DNA of 64,000 nt from Mobula birostris. Its lineage: Eukaryota. Within the stretch, counting starts at the first letter, position 1. The number at the start of each line of letters is the position of its first letter. Made by a program: the position numbers and the translations under genes. Location of the stretch: positions 87,775,764 through 87,839,763 of the forward strand of contig NC_092378.1 of assembly GCF_030028105.1 (NCBI RefSeq), given 5' to 3'. Of the stretch, positions 40,636-54,600 are shown one piece after another. Under the pieces are notes generated by a model, which ran no database searches, was not told where the DNA came from, and saw only the letters and a program-made list of their open reading frames with translations.

Positions 40636-41791
40636 TGGAGGTTACGGCTTGGCAGTGGGAGGTAGAGGATAGTGGTCAAAGATTTCCTTGCCCGGAAATC
40701 TGATGGAGTAGTAGATTATGAAGAAGTTTGTGAAAGGAAAGAAGGGGGATATGAATGGTTGTGTTTGGCAGTGACAGAATTTAATCCAGCCCACTGAGGT
40801 AAAGGATTTGGTGTGTCATATCCTACCAGAACATAAACAATAAATGGAAAGGTCCTAAGGGAGTTGATGTACAGAGAAACCTTGAGGTGCAAGTTCAGAG
40901 CTTTCTAACAAAAAGGTAATGAAGAAGGCATTCAGCATACTTGTCCTCATCAGCTAAGGCACTGAGTATAACAGTTCCAATGTCATTTTGTAGGTGTGCA
41001 AAACATCAGAGTGCTTGACTATGGCACTGCAGGAAGGGCATGATGGTAACAGAGAGTGCAGAAGTGCTTCACCACGATGTTGTCTGGTACAGAGCACCTT
41101 ATTTATAAGGCACAATTCGAAGCTGTGTTTCGTATTTAGGAAGCTGAGGTGTGCCCTTACTGAGGTTTATAAAATTATGAGGTGCAAAGATAAAATCTTT
41201 TTCCTTAGATGTGGAGTTTAAAACTTAAAGGGGGTCTGAGACCCATGTTTTTCATGCAAACAGGAATGAGTTGCCATGAAGTGATAGAGGCAGATACAAT
41301 GATCATGTTTAAAGGGCACTTGAGCAGGTACTTGGATAAGACTGGATTTGGGTGATATGGACCTAATGCAGCCAATTTGTACTAATGTAGGTGGACATCT
41401 CAGTCACCATGGATGACTTGGGCTGAAGACCATGTTTCTGTACTGTACAATTCTGATTCTCCCCCGCCCCATGCAAACTATTCTTTAGCAATATTTTGTT
41501 AACAATTTATATCACCTGATCAGAGAAATGCTCTTTGCTGCACTCATTGGCCTCTCCACCTTCTTTATCACCTGGAGACTTTTTCTCTCTTTCTCAGCTC
41601 TGTTGAAGCGTCCTCGATCTAAAATTGTAACCGTTTTTCTTACCACAGATACTGTCTGACCTGCAGTTTTTTCCCCCCAAAATTTTCTTATTTTTGTGTA
41701 TTTTTATCAGTTTTGGATGATGTACAGTGTACCTTTGAATAAACTTTTTTTTGTCTGAATTGTTTCCTTTGATATACAGGGCAAAGTTAGA

Positions 41792-41941
41792 ATGGATGAC
41801 CCAGGAGAGAATACCACTGTTGTCTCCACCTTACGTTCCTTCAACAACTTCTTGTCACTAAGTTCAGCACCTGTGCACAGCACAGACGAACCAAGCTCAA
41901 CTTCACGTCTTTTGCTACTGCAATACCAGCAGAGGCTTGAG
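41792..41941 (+). CDS. MAD1L1: MAD1L1 (spindle checkpoint MAD1) first coding exon (exon starts 41780)
   Basis: MDDPGENTTVVSTLRSFNNFLS...LQYQQRLE resembles human MEDLGENTMVLSTLRSLNNFIS...QYQQSMQ; tacag| acceptor, GAG|gttagt donor; 150 nt. Confidence 0.92.
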
Positions 41942-43499
41942 GTTAGTACATTGTTCTGCAGTGTCACTGTGGTACTGATGGTAGTAAGCATTACTTTGTA
42001 TTTTAGTTTTCTCTTTTAGTTAAAGACTTCTGCAATACAGTGCAATGTGGACATTTCAATTATATTATGGCTCAAATAATGCGCATTCAGGAAATTAATT
42101 CAGTGAGTAGTTAAACCCTATAGATCGTCACAGAATCTTGACAGCTAAGATGGTTTATTTTTGATTACTGAGAGTTATGTGTTTAGTAATGTATGTACAA
42201 TGATGGTTTGGGGGAGGAAATAAAAGCAGCAAAAATTTGTGGGGTGGAAAGAGGAGTAAGTTGAAAATAATCTAAGGCCCTCATTTGTTTTTGTTTGGGG
42301 GATTATTGAGCTTGATTTCCTTTTGAGGTTGCTGGTAATGTCTTTTTTTCAAGCCTTGATTAATTTATTGTCTTACTCCAAACATTTTAATTTTTTGCCA
42401 CTTTGAGATGTGCTGTAGCCACATTTTGACAGACTAGCAATAAGGGGGGATTGTTGCTTTGCTGTTGCTTATGTGCGGCAGGGAGGGGAACTGGAGGAGA
42501 CTTTGGGGTTCTAACATTTAACTGCCATCCACTCTTTAGAGGCACTCCTCTTGTTTTCATGGATGTTTGCGAAGAAAAACCACTTCAGGATATATATTGT
42601 ATACATTTCTCTGACATTAAATGTACCTTTAAAACCTTTGAAAGCATTGGAGATCAGTCCTCTTGAGCTGTACAGCAGCTGCACTATCTAACACCATGAT
42701 GCCAGTCTTGCAAAAGCACAAGAAGCCAAAGTTGCATTCATGGCCATGTTCAGTTAAAGCAATGATTAAGTGTTTAATGTGTTGGTCCAGAGGTGAATGT
42801 TCTTTGAGTGGAGTGGATGAACCATAAGATTATTGATGAGAAAAGCATATAAAGAGGTTATTCAGGCCAACATGACTTTGCTGACTTTGAACTAACCTAT
42901 TGCTTTTCCATTTTTATTACCCCATAGCGATGAAATTCATTTTCTCTTCAAATAATAAATACTGAAGAGAACACAATAAAGGACCTTGGGGTTTAACTGA
43001 GGAATCTCTTTGCAGGCAGTATTCCAGACTATTTATGTTGTCCTTTTTAGAGCAGTGTTATCTCAGCGAAGTAGTTCTCCACTGTTGCTTTTGAACTGAG
43101 CAGACATTTGTCAATAGGGAGTGACAGAGAGAAATTTGATCTGAAGATTGAGCTATCTTTGATTTTTGTCTTTCTTCTCCTATGCAGAGTTGCTTTGCTG
43201 CTTTAATACTTTTGTTAAAAGAAATCACTAATTTGGCAGGAGTTGCCTTGAGTAAATATTTAGTTAGTGAAATAATTCCTGACCTGCAGGAACTTCAGCA
43301 ACTGAAACCAGCAATTGTTGATCATGCTTAATTTTTTTGATAACACAATGAATCCACTTTTAAAAACTTTCAGTGAAGGTGCCTCCACAGCCTTTTGAGT
43401 ACTGAATTTGAGGATGCTTTTAAGGAGGAACTATAATGTATTCCCAAGTCAGGATGTTATGTGACTTAGAGGAGGATCTGCAGGTGGTAACGTTAGAAC

Positions 43500-45010
43500 A
43501 TAGACCATAAGAAATAAGAGCAAGTGTACGCTGTGGTGATAATTGATGTTCTAGTTATCTTCTTCCAAAATTCTAAAGATCCTGAATAGTTCCAGTAGAC
43601 TGGAGGACAACAGATGTGACTTTGCTATTTAAGAAAGGAGGGGGAAAAACAAGGAACTGCTGACATTCTGGAGACACTGAAAATGTTAATAATTGATAGC
43701 ACTGTTGGCTAAACTTAAAAATAGTTATGTAACCAGAGCCAAATAGGATACACTCAAAGAATTTGAGAGAAATGTGTGAGGAAACTAGAGAAAACTGATC
43801 TTCCAATACTCTGGATACTGGAGTAATGTTAAAGAGATGGAGATTGATACACCTTTCAAAAAAAAAGCAAGTATGTGCCTAATAACCACAGGCCAATAGC
43901 TTAATCTCAGTGGTGAGAAGACTTTTGGAAACATAGATTTAGGATGGGATTAATTGCCACCTTGAGGAAACTTAAAGTAAACCAGCAAGAATTTGCTAAG
44001 GGCAAATTGTATTTAACAAATACAATGTTTTTTTTTTGCCTTCATTGTGGTATACATAAATTTCCAGAATGGTTTTGATAAAGAGCAGGGTTACAGGGTT
44101 AAGCTGAACTTGTGACTTAAGAGGGTCATTCACAGCATGGATACAAATTTAATTAAGTAATAAAGAGAGGGTCAGGGTCTTATGGATAGGAGGAGATGAT
44201 TAGTGGCATTTCCCATGATTGGTTTTGGGGATCGATGTCTTTTTTTGGATCTATATTTATTCCCAAGACTTCAGGATGCAAGAGAGTTTCTAAATTTGTA
44301 GATGACACAATATTTGGCAATGTTGTAAATTATGCAGAAAACAGTGTTAGGTTATACCAGGACACAGAGGATAGTTGAATAGCAGAGGTGTGGAACAATT
44401 ATGAGGAGATGCATTTTGATAGGAGAAAAGAGGAGGAGGTAACATAGCAAAAAGATTACTTCTCTAAATGGGGTGCAGGAGCAAAGGGGCCATGTGGGTG
44501 TGTTTACAGATGTCTTCAGAGGAGGCAGGATTGGAAAGCAGTTTATAAGAAATACATGGTTCTTAGTTTTATCAATAGAGGCTAGGGTATAAAAATAAGG
44601 AAGTGATGTTGAAACTTCATACAACACTAGTGTGGCCTCAAATAGAATATTGTATTAATTTCAAGTTACCTCATTATGGGAAATTATGTGAAAATATTAG
44701 AAAGGAACCACTCACAAGACTGGTTCTGGGATATGGATTGCAGCCACAAGGATAGGTTTGAGAAACTGGGACCATTTTCTTTGATAGAGTGGGGCTTTGG
44801 TAGAAACTTGCAAAATGATGGAGGGTTTGGATAGTTGTTGACTAGTTTTTGATTGAAATGTTGAGGACAAAAGGAATAAGAATATGGAAGAAAATTAAGA
44901 ATGACTTGAAGAATATTTTTATTTAGAATCTGGAATTTATACCCATAAGTGTAAGCAGGTTGCATAGCCTTTAAGAGGGATCTGGGTAAAAAAATATGTT
45001 GGAGAAGAAT
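43500..45010 (+). mobile_element. Old, heavily decayed CR1 LINE
   Basis: Residual motifs (SKFVDDT, ccacaggccaatagcttaatctcagtggt) collinear with CR1 ORF2. Confidence 0.6.
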
Positions 45011-45319
45011 AAGCAAGGCCACATAAAAAAGGACTCTTCGATGGAACTGGAGAATTGCTTGAGTTGAGAGCTAGTTGACAATGGCTTCTTTCATACGGTT
45101 GCTATCAAGACCCTGAGAAAATAGTATGATTATCCAGATTGTCTGTAGATGTTTGCGGATTTATTAAAAGGATCATTTTATGACTCACCGGTTGAAAGTT
45201 TTTTTTGAGGATGTATCTGGAAGAAAACATGAAAGGAAATCAGTGGATATGATTTATTTGGGCTTCTGATAAGATTCCCACATGAGGTTTGCAAACAAAG
45301 TTGAAGCATATAAAATTGG

Positions 45320-46290
45320 AAACACAAGAGATACTGCAGGTGCTGGAAATCCAGAGCAACATGCACAAAGTGCTGGAGGAACTCGACAGGTCAGGCAGCA
45401 TCCATGGAGAGGAATGAAGAGTCGATGTTTTGGACTAAGACCCTTTATCAGGACTGGGAAGAACAGGGAAGATGGCTGGAATAAAAATGTTGGGGGGTGA
45501 GGGGAAGGAAGACAAGCTAGAGGTGAAAGGTGAGGCCAGGTGGGTGGGGGGAATGAAGAAAGAAGCTGGGAGGTGACAGGTGGAAAAGGCAAAGGACTAG
45601 AGATGAAGGAATCGAAAGGAGAGGAGAGTGGACCATGGGGGAAAGGAGGGACACCAGGGGGAAGGTGATAGGCTGGCGAGGAGAAGAGGTAAGAGGCCAG
45701 AGTGGAGAATAGAAGAAGAGGGAAGGGGGAGGGGCAAAAATTACTGGAAAGAAAAACCAATGTTGCCACCAGGTTGGAGACAGAAAATGAGGTGTTGCTT
45801 CTCCATCTTGAGAGTGGACTCACCGTGGCAGAAGAGGAGGCCATGAACTGGCATGTCAAAACAGGAATGAGGATAGGAATTAAAATAGTTGGCCACTGGG
45901 AAATTCTGCTTTTTGCTGATAGTGCCTGACAATGCATTCCCCATTCCCCATCGATAATCATCAATATATAGGAGGCTGCATTGGGAGCGCCGGATACAGT
46001 AGACAACCCCAGCAGATTTGCAGGTGGAGTGTTGCCTTTCCTGGAAGGACTGTATGGTGCTCTGAATGGAGATGAGGGAGGAGGTGAATGGGCAGGTGTA
46101 GCACTTCTGTCACTTGCAGGGATAAGTGCCAGGAAGGAGGTTAATATAGTGGGATGAATGGACAATAGAATTATGGAGGGTGCAATACCTGTGGAATGCA
46201 GTTAGTGGTGGGGGGGGGGGGTAAAGATGTGGTAGGATCCCATTGAAGGTGTCGAAAGTTGTAGAGGATGATGTGTTGGATGCGTAGGAC
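45320..46290 (-). mobile_element. Penelope-like element 3' portion (GIY-YIG endonuclease remnant plus terminal repeat with decayed hammerhead)
   Basis: Frameshifted peptides PPPPLTAFHR...HNSIVHSS...PGTYPCK and PVANYFNSYPHS...HGLLFCHGESTLKMEKQHLIFCL, typical of the Penelope C-terminus; ends in the same ~135 bp unit dispersed across the window. Confidence 0.8.
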
Positions 46291-46519
46291 CTGGAGAAAG
46301 CCCACACATTCCATGGGAGGGGCTCCTTACAGAGGACACCGGGATTGACTTCAAACTCTGATGCCCTGAGCTGTAATAATGTTGTGCTAACTGCTACACT
46401 GCAATGGCACCTTCTTTTGTTGTGACTAAAAATTCCAATTTGTCTGTGATTGTTCTGAGTTCTTAAACTCTGTAATGATCATCCTGCTTACTGTTGTGGT
46501 TGTTGGTAGGATTATTCCA

Positions 46520-47385
46520 ATATCCTCCATCAGATGTCCTGCTTCCTCAATGCCACCTGTCTTCATATCGTCTGCAACTTTTACCACAAAATCATCAATT
46601 CCGTCATTCAAACCATTGACATATAACATGAAAAGAAGCGGTCCCAACACCAATCCCTGTCGAACACCGCTTTTCACTGGCAGCCAACTAGAAAAGGCCC
46701 TCTTTATTTCCATGCTTTGTCTCCTGCCAATTAGCCAATCTTCTGTCCATGCTGGTATATTCCCTGTAATACCATGGACTCATCTTGTTAAGCAGCCTCA
46801 TGTGCAGTACCTTGTCAAATGCCCAACATCCTTTGTCTATCCTGCTTGTTATTTCTTAAAAGAATTCCAGTAAATTTGCCAAGCATGATTTCCCCTTAAG
46901 GAAACTTTGCTCATTTTGGCCTATTTTATCATGTGCCTCCAAGTACCCCAAAACCTCATCCTTAATGATGGACTCCAACATTTTCTGAACTGCTGAAGTT
47001 GGGCTAAGTGGCCTATATTTTATTTTCTTCTGTCTTCCTCCCTTCTAAAGAGTGGAGTAACTTTTGCTAATTTACAGTCCTCCGTAACCTTTTCAGAATT
47101 CAGTGATTCTTGAAAGATCATTACTAATGCCTTCAGAATCTCTTCAGAACACAGGGGTGTAATCCATCTGGTCCAGGTGACTTATTTACCTTTAGACCTT
47201 TTAGCTTTCTAAGCACTTTCTCCCTCTCTCGAACTTCCAGCATACTGCTAGTATCTTCCACGGTGAAGACTGATGCAAAATATTTATTCAGTTCATCTGC
47301 CATTTCCTTGTACCGTATTAGTACCTCTCTAGTTTAATTTTCCAGCAATCTGATATATACTCTTGCCTCTCTTTCACTCTTTGAA
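46520..47385 (-). mobile_element. CR1 LINE fragment
   Basis: SWLPVKSGVRQGLVLGPLLFMLYVN...KVADDMK. Confidence 0.75.
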
Positions 47386-48031
47386 CAATTGGAGCAGAAG
47401 CCAATGATCATAATCTTACTGAATGGCAGAGTAGGTTTGAGAGACCATATGTTGACATCTTGTGTAGGTAGTTTATGTGTACCAGTTGTTTTCTTGGTCT
47501 TCAAGTACTTGCAATTAAATTTTTAAAGTTAATACGATGAAATTATAACCACAAACAGTGTCAAATGATAATTATCTGCTTTCAAAAGTGATGGAAAAAG
47601 TAGACCAAAAAACATGCAGTCTAGGAATCTTTGTTTAACAACTGATGGAACAGTGAACAAGGCGAGCACAGCACAATCCTTTTCTGCATTGATATCTCAA
47701 CAAGATACAGTAGCTAAGAATAGAATTCAGATTAAAAAAAAACTTAGCTGTTTCTGAATCCAAAGAAGATGATATTTTTGTTTTCTTGTAGCTTTCCAGT
47801 TTGATATTAACTACCCCACAAAGTTGGGGCTGTTGAATTTCAAAGTTAAAATTTATTCTCAAAGTACATGTATGTCACCTTATGCTACCCTGAGATTCAT
47901 TTTCTTGTGGGCATCCTCAGTCGATACAAAGAAACACAATCGAATCAATGGAAAAACCACGCACAACAAAGATAGAAAACCACTGTGCAAAAGACAACAA
48001 ACTGTGCAAATACAAAAATGAAAATATAATA

Positions 48032-50551
48032 CAGGTTTCCCCCGCTATCTGAAGGTAGAGCGTTCCTATGAAACGGTTCGTAAGCCCGAATGTCGTAAAG
48101 TGAACAAGCAATTACCATTTATTAACGTAAACACGAGGAATTCTGCAGATGCTGGAAATTCAAGCAACACACATCAAAGTTGTTGGTGAACGCAGCAGGC
48201 CAGGCAGCGTCTATAGGAAGAGGTACAGTCGACGTTTTGGGCCCAGACCCTTCGTCAGGACTAACTGAAAGAAGAGCTAGTAAGAGATTTGAAAGTGGGG
48301 GGGGGTGGAGATCCAAAATGATAGGAGAAGACAGGAGGGGGAGGGATGGAGCCAAGAGCTGGACAGGTGATTGGCAAAAGGGATATGAGAGGATTATGGG
48401 ACAGGAGGCCCAGGGAGAAGGAAAGGGGGAGGGGGGAAAAACTCAGAGGATTTTTTTTCTCCCTCTGTCCCTCTGACCAGACCCCTTGCCCATCCACTGG
48501 GTTCCCCCCCCCCCCCTTTTCCTTCTCCCTGGGCCTCCTGTCCCATGATCCACTCATATCCCTTTTGCCAATCACCTGTCCAGCTCTTGGCTCCATCCCT
48601 CCCCCTCCTCTTCTCCTATTATTTTGGACCCCCCGCCCCCCCAAAAACTTTCAAATCTCTTACTAGCTCTTCTTTCAGTTAGTCCTGACAAAGTGTCTCG
48701 GCCCAAAACGTCGACTACCTCTTCCTAGAGATGCTGCCTGGCCTGCTGCGTTCACCAGCAACTTTGATGTGTGTTACCATTTATTAATATGGGAAAAGTT
48801 TTTGAGCATTCCCAGACCCAAAAAATAACCTATGAAATCATGCCAAATAACACATAAAACCTAAAATATCAGTAGCATGTAGTAAAAGCAGGAATGATAT
48901 GATAAATACACAGCCTATATAAAGTAGAAATACTTTTCTACAGCACTGTCTAGCGCAATGAAAATCTCGCGGAAGCGCTCTCGACAAAAACATGGCGCAA
49001 ACACTGTCAGCAGAAGCACTCTCTCCAGTAACCTTTAAGCTACGAAGCTGCCAAATCATACCAGATAACACATAAAAATAGACAGCCTATATAAAGAAGA
49101 AATAATGTATGTACAGTGTAGTTTCACTTACCGGAATCGGGAAGACTCCAATAAATTGCAGTTTCATCACAGTTAAACGCTTATACGAATAACCACCTGA
49201 TGCAATCGGCAATCGCCTCTGATCTGGGCCGGCCGACATTTACATGCCCGGCGGCACCTAATTAATTAGATTATGAGGACACTCAGTCTTCGTTTATTGT
49301 CATTTAGAAATGCATGCATTAAAAATAATACAACTTTCCTCCAGAATGGTATCACAAGAAAACACAAGACAAACCAAGAATAAAACTGACAAAACCACAT
49401 AATTATAACATATAGTTACAACAGTGCAAAGCAATACCATAATTTGATAAAGAGCAGACCACGGGCACGGTAAAAAAAAACTTCTCAAAGTCCCGATAGA
49501 CTCATCACCTCACGCAGGCGGCAGAAGGGATGAACTCTCCCCGCCATGACCTCCAAGCGCCGCCAACTTGCCGATGCAGCACCATTGGAAGCACCCGACC
49601 GCAGCGGATTCTTGAGTCCGTCCAAAAACTTAGAGCCTCTGTCCAGCCCCTCCGACACAGCCTCGCCGAGCACCATCCTCTGCTGAGCGCTTCGACCCTG
49701 CCCCGGCTGCCGAGCAACAAGCAAAACCGAGGACTCGGGGGTTTTCTCCTCCAGAGATTCTGGACTTGTTTAGCTTGTTTATTTCAGCTTTTTTCTTAAA
49801 GATGTGCTGGGTGCATCCCGACTACCGCTGCACCACTGAGTCCTTTGCGGCCTGGAGGTTGGGGACCACTGCTTAAGCTATGATGCTGCCCTTGCCTCAG
49901 AAACCGATCAAACCACCCATGACTACGTTTAAATTCCACTTTTGCAACACTTTCATCACCATCGTCCAGTGCTTTTTGTTTCAGCTTATTAAAAAGACTG
50001 ACTGATTTCTCCTTAAGTATAAGAAAACTTAATGGAACACCACGCTTTGTACACCCATCAATCCACTCAAGCAATAGACTTTCCATTTTATCCATTATTG
50101 GATGCTGACTAAGAGAGACCACTTTACTACGAGCAGAACCAACAGTAACATCGGCAGCTTTCAAAATTCTTTCTGCGTATAAATAGTGCGAATGGTGGAC
50201 ACAGGCAAGTTCAACGCGCGGACAATGTCTTTACTTCATTCACCATGATTGAAACGCTTAATTATGTCTAGTTTTATGCTAAGTGTAACGCCCTTACGAG
50301 CTCTTTTAGGCTTTGCTGATATCTTAGAACTCATCTTGCTAACGGATGCACAAAATAAATCGAAATAAAGCACGGGTTTAAGCAATGCCGGCGAGAATGC
50401 AGTGCCGGGGGAGGAACTTGGCTGTTCGGGCGAGCGCTGCCTTTTTTTCGTAACAGTGAAAACTTCTGTTACCGAAAACAGGTAACTAATGTAAGTCTTT
50501 CGTAACAGTGAGATGTCGTAAACTGAACGTTCGGAAAACGGGGGCCACCTG
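48032..50551 (-). mobile_element. Tigger/pogo-like DNA transposon, internally deleted (copy 2), with nested inserts
   Basis: TA-caggtttcccccgc ... ggggccacctg-TA; CENP-B-type HTH fragments MSSKISAKPKRARKGVTLSIKLDIIKR and MESLLLEWID...LKEKSVSLF...FKRSHGWFDRF. Confidence 0.88.
48126..48773. repeat. Inverted (palindromic) Penelope terminal-repeat insertion with 14-bp target-site duplication
   Basis: ~270 bp inverted arms (~48166-48440 and ~48500-48775); ttaccatttattaa at 48112-48125 and 48774-48787. Confidence 0.85.
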
Positions 50552-51649
50552 TAATAAATAAATAATAAGTATTGCGAATACAAGTTGTAGAATCCTTAAT
50601 AGTCTGTCCATAGATTGTGGAGTCAGTTCAGTGTTGGGGTGAGTGAAGTTATTGCCTCTGCTTCAAGAGCCTTATGGTTGAGGTGTAATAATTGTGCTTG
50701 AACCTAGTGATGTGGGACCTAGAGTTTGTATGCCTTCTTGCTGATGGCAGCAGCTAGAAGAGAACATGGCATGGATGGTGGATGTCCTTGACGATGGAAA
50801 CTGCTTTCCTAGGACAGCACTTCTTGTAAATGCGCTGATTGGTGGGGAGGGCTTTACCCATGATAGACTGGGCTGTACCACTACTTTTTGTAGAGTTTTC
50901 TGTTCAAGGCATTGGTGCTTCCATACCAGCCCCTGATGCAACTAGTCAGGATATCTTCCACTGTGCATCTATAGAAGTTTAAAAATTTTAGATAACATGC
51001 CCTGTTCGTGCAAACTTCTAAGAAAGGAGAAGCACCCCAGTGCCTTCTTTGTAATGGCAATTACATGCTGGATCCATGACAGATCATCTGAAATGATAAT
51101 GCCAAGGAATTAAAGTTGCTGATCCCTCCACTGGCACATGGACCTCCTCCTGTAGTCAATAACCATCCCTTTAGTTTTGCTGACATTGAGTGAGAGGTTG
51201 TTGTGGCACCATCAGACAGATTTTCAATCTTCTTTCTTTTTCTGAATCGTCACCACCTTTGATCTGGCCAGTGGCAGTGGTGTTGTCAGCTAACTTAAAT
51301 ATGCCATTGGAACTGTACTTGTCTCCACAGTCATAAGCGTAAAGCGAGTAGAGCAAGGGACTAAGCACACAACCTTGTGCTGCATCTATGCTGATTGTGA
51401 TTGTGGTAAGATGTTGCCAATTCGAAGCGACCTGGGTCAGCAAGTGAGGAAATCGAGGATCCAGTTGCACCGTGCTTAGAGTGAATAGATTTTAAATAGC
51501 GTCAGTTGTGTGCACTTGTGTTCAAAAAGCAGTGATAGTGAGCAAGTGAAGAAACAGTAAAACAATTCAAAACTGTTTTGCTGACTGTCATTCAGGCTTG
51601 GTGATGTTAGAAATGGCCGAGAGCGAAAATGAAATGATTACACAGAGTT

Positions 51650-54600
51650 ACAAAATACACGTGGACTAAGATGTTAACTGTCCTGTGCTATCACCAGTGG
51701 GATCATCAGTTGATCTGCCACCTGTCTTCAGGAGTTTCAGCCCGCTTATGATCAAGACTCCCTTGAGGTGGTGGGCCAGCAGTGCTAAAGCACCACCTCC
51801 CACTGGTGAGCTTAAAAACTTGGCATCTGCCTCTATCAGAGTTGTTGGTCACTTCCATCCAACAGATAGTCTACTCTTCAGGTGTCTATGCAACTACTGA
51901 AGGGTTTGCAAGATATGTATACACTGTCTGACTATCTGCCCCTCTGGACATATTTGGTCCACTCCCATGCTGATCCTTTCTCTGCTGCCTCAGCTACAGC
52001 CCTGCTGGTTGACTTGATCTCTCTTCTAGTGAAGCCAGGGTCACGCAGCCACTTCTGGAGAGTGAACACAATAAAGCCATGGCAACCTACTTCGAATGGA
52101 TAGCATGAGACCTTCCACCCTCTGTCTCTGCACTCTGATTTTAATTCTGCATGCTTGGTTAACTTGCGCTCATGGGCTTCACTGATGTTGTCTTCCCAGG
52201 GGACTGTGAGTTCACCAATAACCACTTCTCTACTGGTGTCAGACCATACGATTCTATCTGGACACAATGTGGTGAAAGCTATTTGCTCCGGGAAACTGCC
52301 TTTCCCGTCCAGGTCAGCCTTAACACACCAATCATTGGCTGAAGAAAGTATGCTTGGTCGTGAGCCTGTGCTGCACACCCTTGACTTGGAGCCTTCTTTC
52401 ACAAATGATATGCGATGTTCTGTGCAGCATGGGGCATGAGATAAGTTGTTCTGCAGTACTCTCTGCTCAGCCACTTCTGTTACAACTTTGAGAACGTTGT
52501 TATGTCTCCAAGTGTACATGCCACTGGAAAGATTGACTCTGCATGCACTCAAAATATGTTGAAGTGTTCCCTTCTCACCACAAGCAGCACACCTGTCTGT
52601 CTTATCTTCATACCAGGTGCTGAGGTTGGCAGGTGTTGGGAGCAGATCGTACGCTGCTCTACATAGAAAAGAAATGCGGAGCGGTTCCATCTGTCACAGA
52701 ACATTCCAAGATAGATGTCGTTGTTCAACACTTTCCCTCCGGGTCCAAGCCCCTTGTTTGGCCGGGCCAGCTGTTTTAGCTAACCTCTTCTCCTATTCTA
52801 CCTCTCGTATTTCTTGTGTCACAAGCTCATGGCGCTCCTTACCTGTAGAAGATGACCACCACTCTTGTGGGTTGTCCATCCAAGTCCCTGGCGGCCTAGC
52901 TGGATAGCCCCAACTGTCTCCTTGTGCTTCAATCTAGACTCTACCTCATCAACTGCTACACGGGCTGACCACTTCTTGCCTGATCTCACATCCGGCTGGG
53001 TGTTCTTGATGATAGGGTCTTTTGAGCCTCAAAGCATCAAGAATGATCTTACCTTGGCTACCTTGACCTCCTCAACAAGGGATTGCACTGGGATGGTAAG
53101 CTTTGTCTGGCTACTGTGGATTGCAACATTGGTGAGGCTGCTTGGTACTCCAAGCCACTTCTTCACATACTTATTGATCTTCCGTTCCATTGCCTCAACA
53201 TGGAACATTGCCATTTCATAGACAGTTAGTGGCCACATTATCCATGGCATCAGTCCATACTGCAAGCACCACAACTTCAACTTGCCAGGCAAGCCACACT
53301 TGTCAACAGACATCAGACCTCTGCTGATCTGATCTCCTGTCTCTTGAACCCTCTTGGTGTCTCTCAGCTCCTCTGTATACCATCGCCCGAGGCTCTTAAC
53401 TGGTTGGTCCTGAATGGATGGAATCTCCTCTCCACAAAGGGTGAAATGAAAGTCAACCAGCTTTCCTCTCCTAAGAACAAGGCTCCTTGACTTCTTGGTC
53501 TTGAACTTCATTCTTCTCCAGTCCATTAGCTCTCGAGTCTAGATAGTACACTTTCCACTGCCTCCGTGCTGGAACCCAAAAGGGTAAGATCGTCCATGAA
53601 CGCTCATATTGCTGGTAACTCCCCTCTGCCATCAAGTGCGACACCTGGTCCCACTGATTCTGCAGCCCTCACAATGACCTCCATGGCTAACACAAAAAGG
53701 ATGTGTGAAATTGCACATCCCATTGGGATTTCAACATCCAGGCTCTGCCACCTGGTTGTAAACTGCTGAGTGGAAAACCTCATCTGGAAATCGTTGTAGT
53801 ACTGTATAACAAAGTTCCTCACCTTAGCAGGAATCCATAGGAATTCCATCGCAAACTCAATCAGGACATGGGGAACAGAACCATACGCATTTGCCAGATC
53901 AAGCCACACTACAGCTAGATTTCTTCTCAACCTTTTTGACTCCTGGCTGGTATGCCATAGCATACTAGAATGTTCAAGGCATCCTGGGAAGCCTGGTATT
54001 CCTGCTTTCTGCACAGATGTATTTACTAATCCATTCTCTATCACAAATGAAGATACTCTTTCTGCCAGAATGCCAAACATAATCTTCCCCTCTACATTCA
54101 GGAGTGAAATTGGTCGGAACTGATTCAATGGAGAAGAATTCTCTTCCTTTGGGATGTATACTCCTTCAGCCTCGCTCCATGACAAAGGAACAACACCTTG
54201 TCTCCACACCATCTTTAACAATCTCCACAAGTACTTCCTCAGCTGTTCACACTTCTTGAACACCTTATACGGCACTCCATTAGGTCCTGGCACTGAGCCT
54301 GACCTTGCCTTTCTAATGAACCATTGGACTTCTGCCAGTTTGGGTTCTGACAGATCGAACTTCACTCCTGGCTTGGTAGGCTTCACAAGCCCTGAAATGT
54401 CAAGCAAAGGAGCCTCCCGCTGTTCGTTAGAGTAAGTGCTTGCCAGGTGATCCTCAAGTTCTTGTTGAGAGATGTTAAGCTGCCTGCTCTTACTTGTTCA
54501 AACAGTTTCTTTGTAAACTCATGAGGGTTCTCAAAGAACGACTTTCTTGCCTTCTCTCTCTTCTTTCTCTTTTTACGTTGTGACTCTGCATGATGGAGTG

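Larger units (their letters stand above)
47835..51470 (-). mobile_element. Rex1/L2-like LINE hosting a Tigger-like insertion
   Basis: RT peptide AAQGCVLSPLLYSLYAYDC...FKLADNTT at 51171-51470; its 3' UTR continues on both sides of 48032-50551. Confidence 0.65.

Noticed and set aside
45254-46165. 303-aa ORF, the longest in the track
   Set aside because: Mostly an off-frame read through the Penelope remnant and its pyrimidine-rich 3' region; not a host gene.
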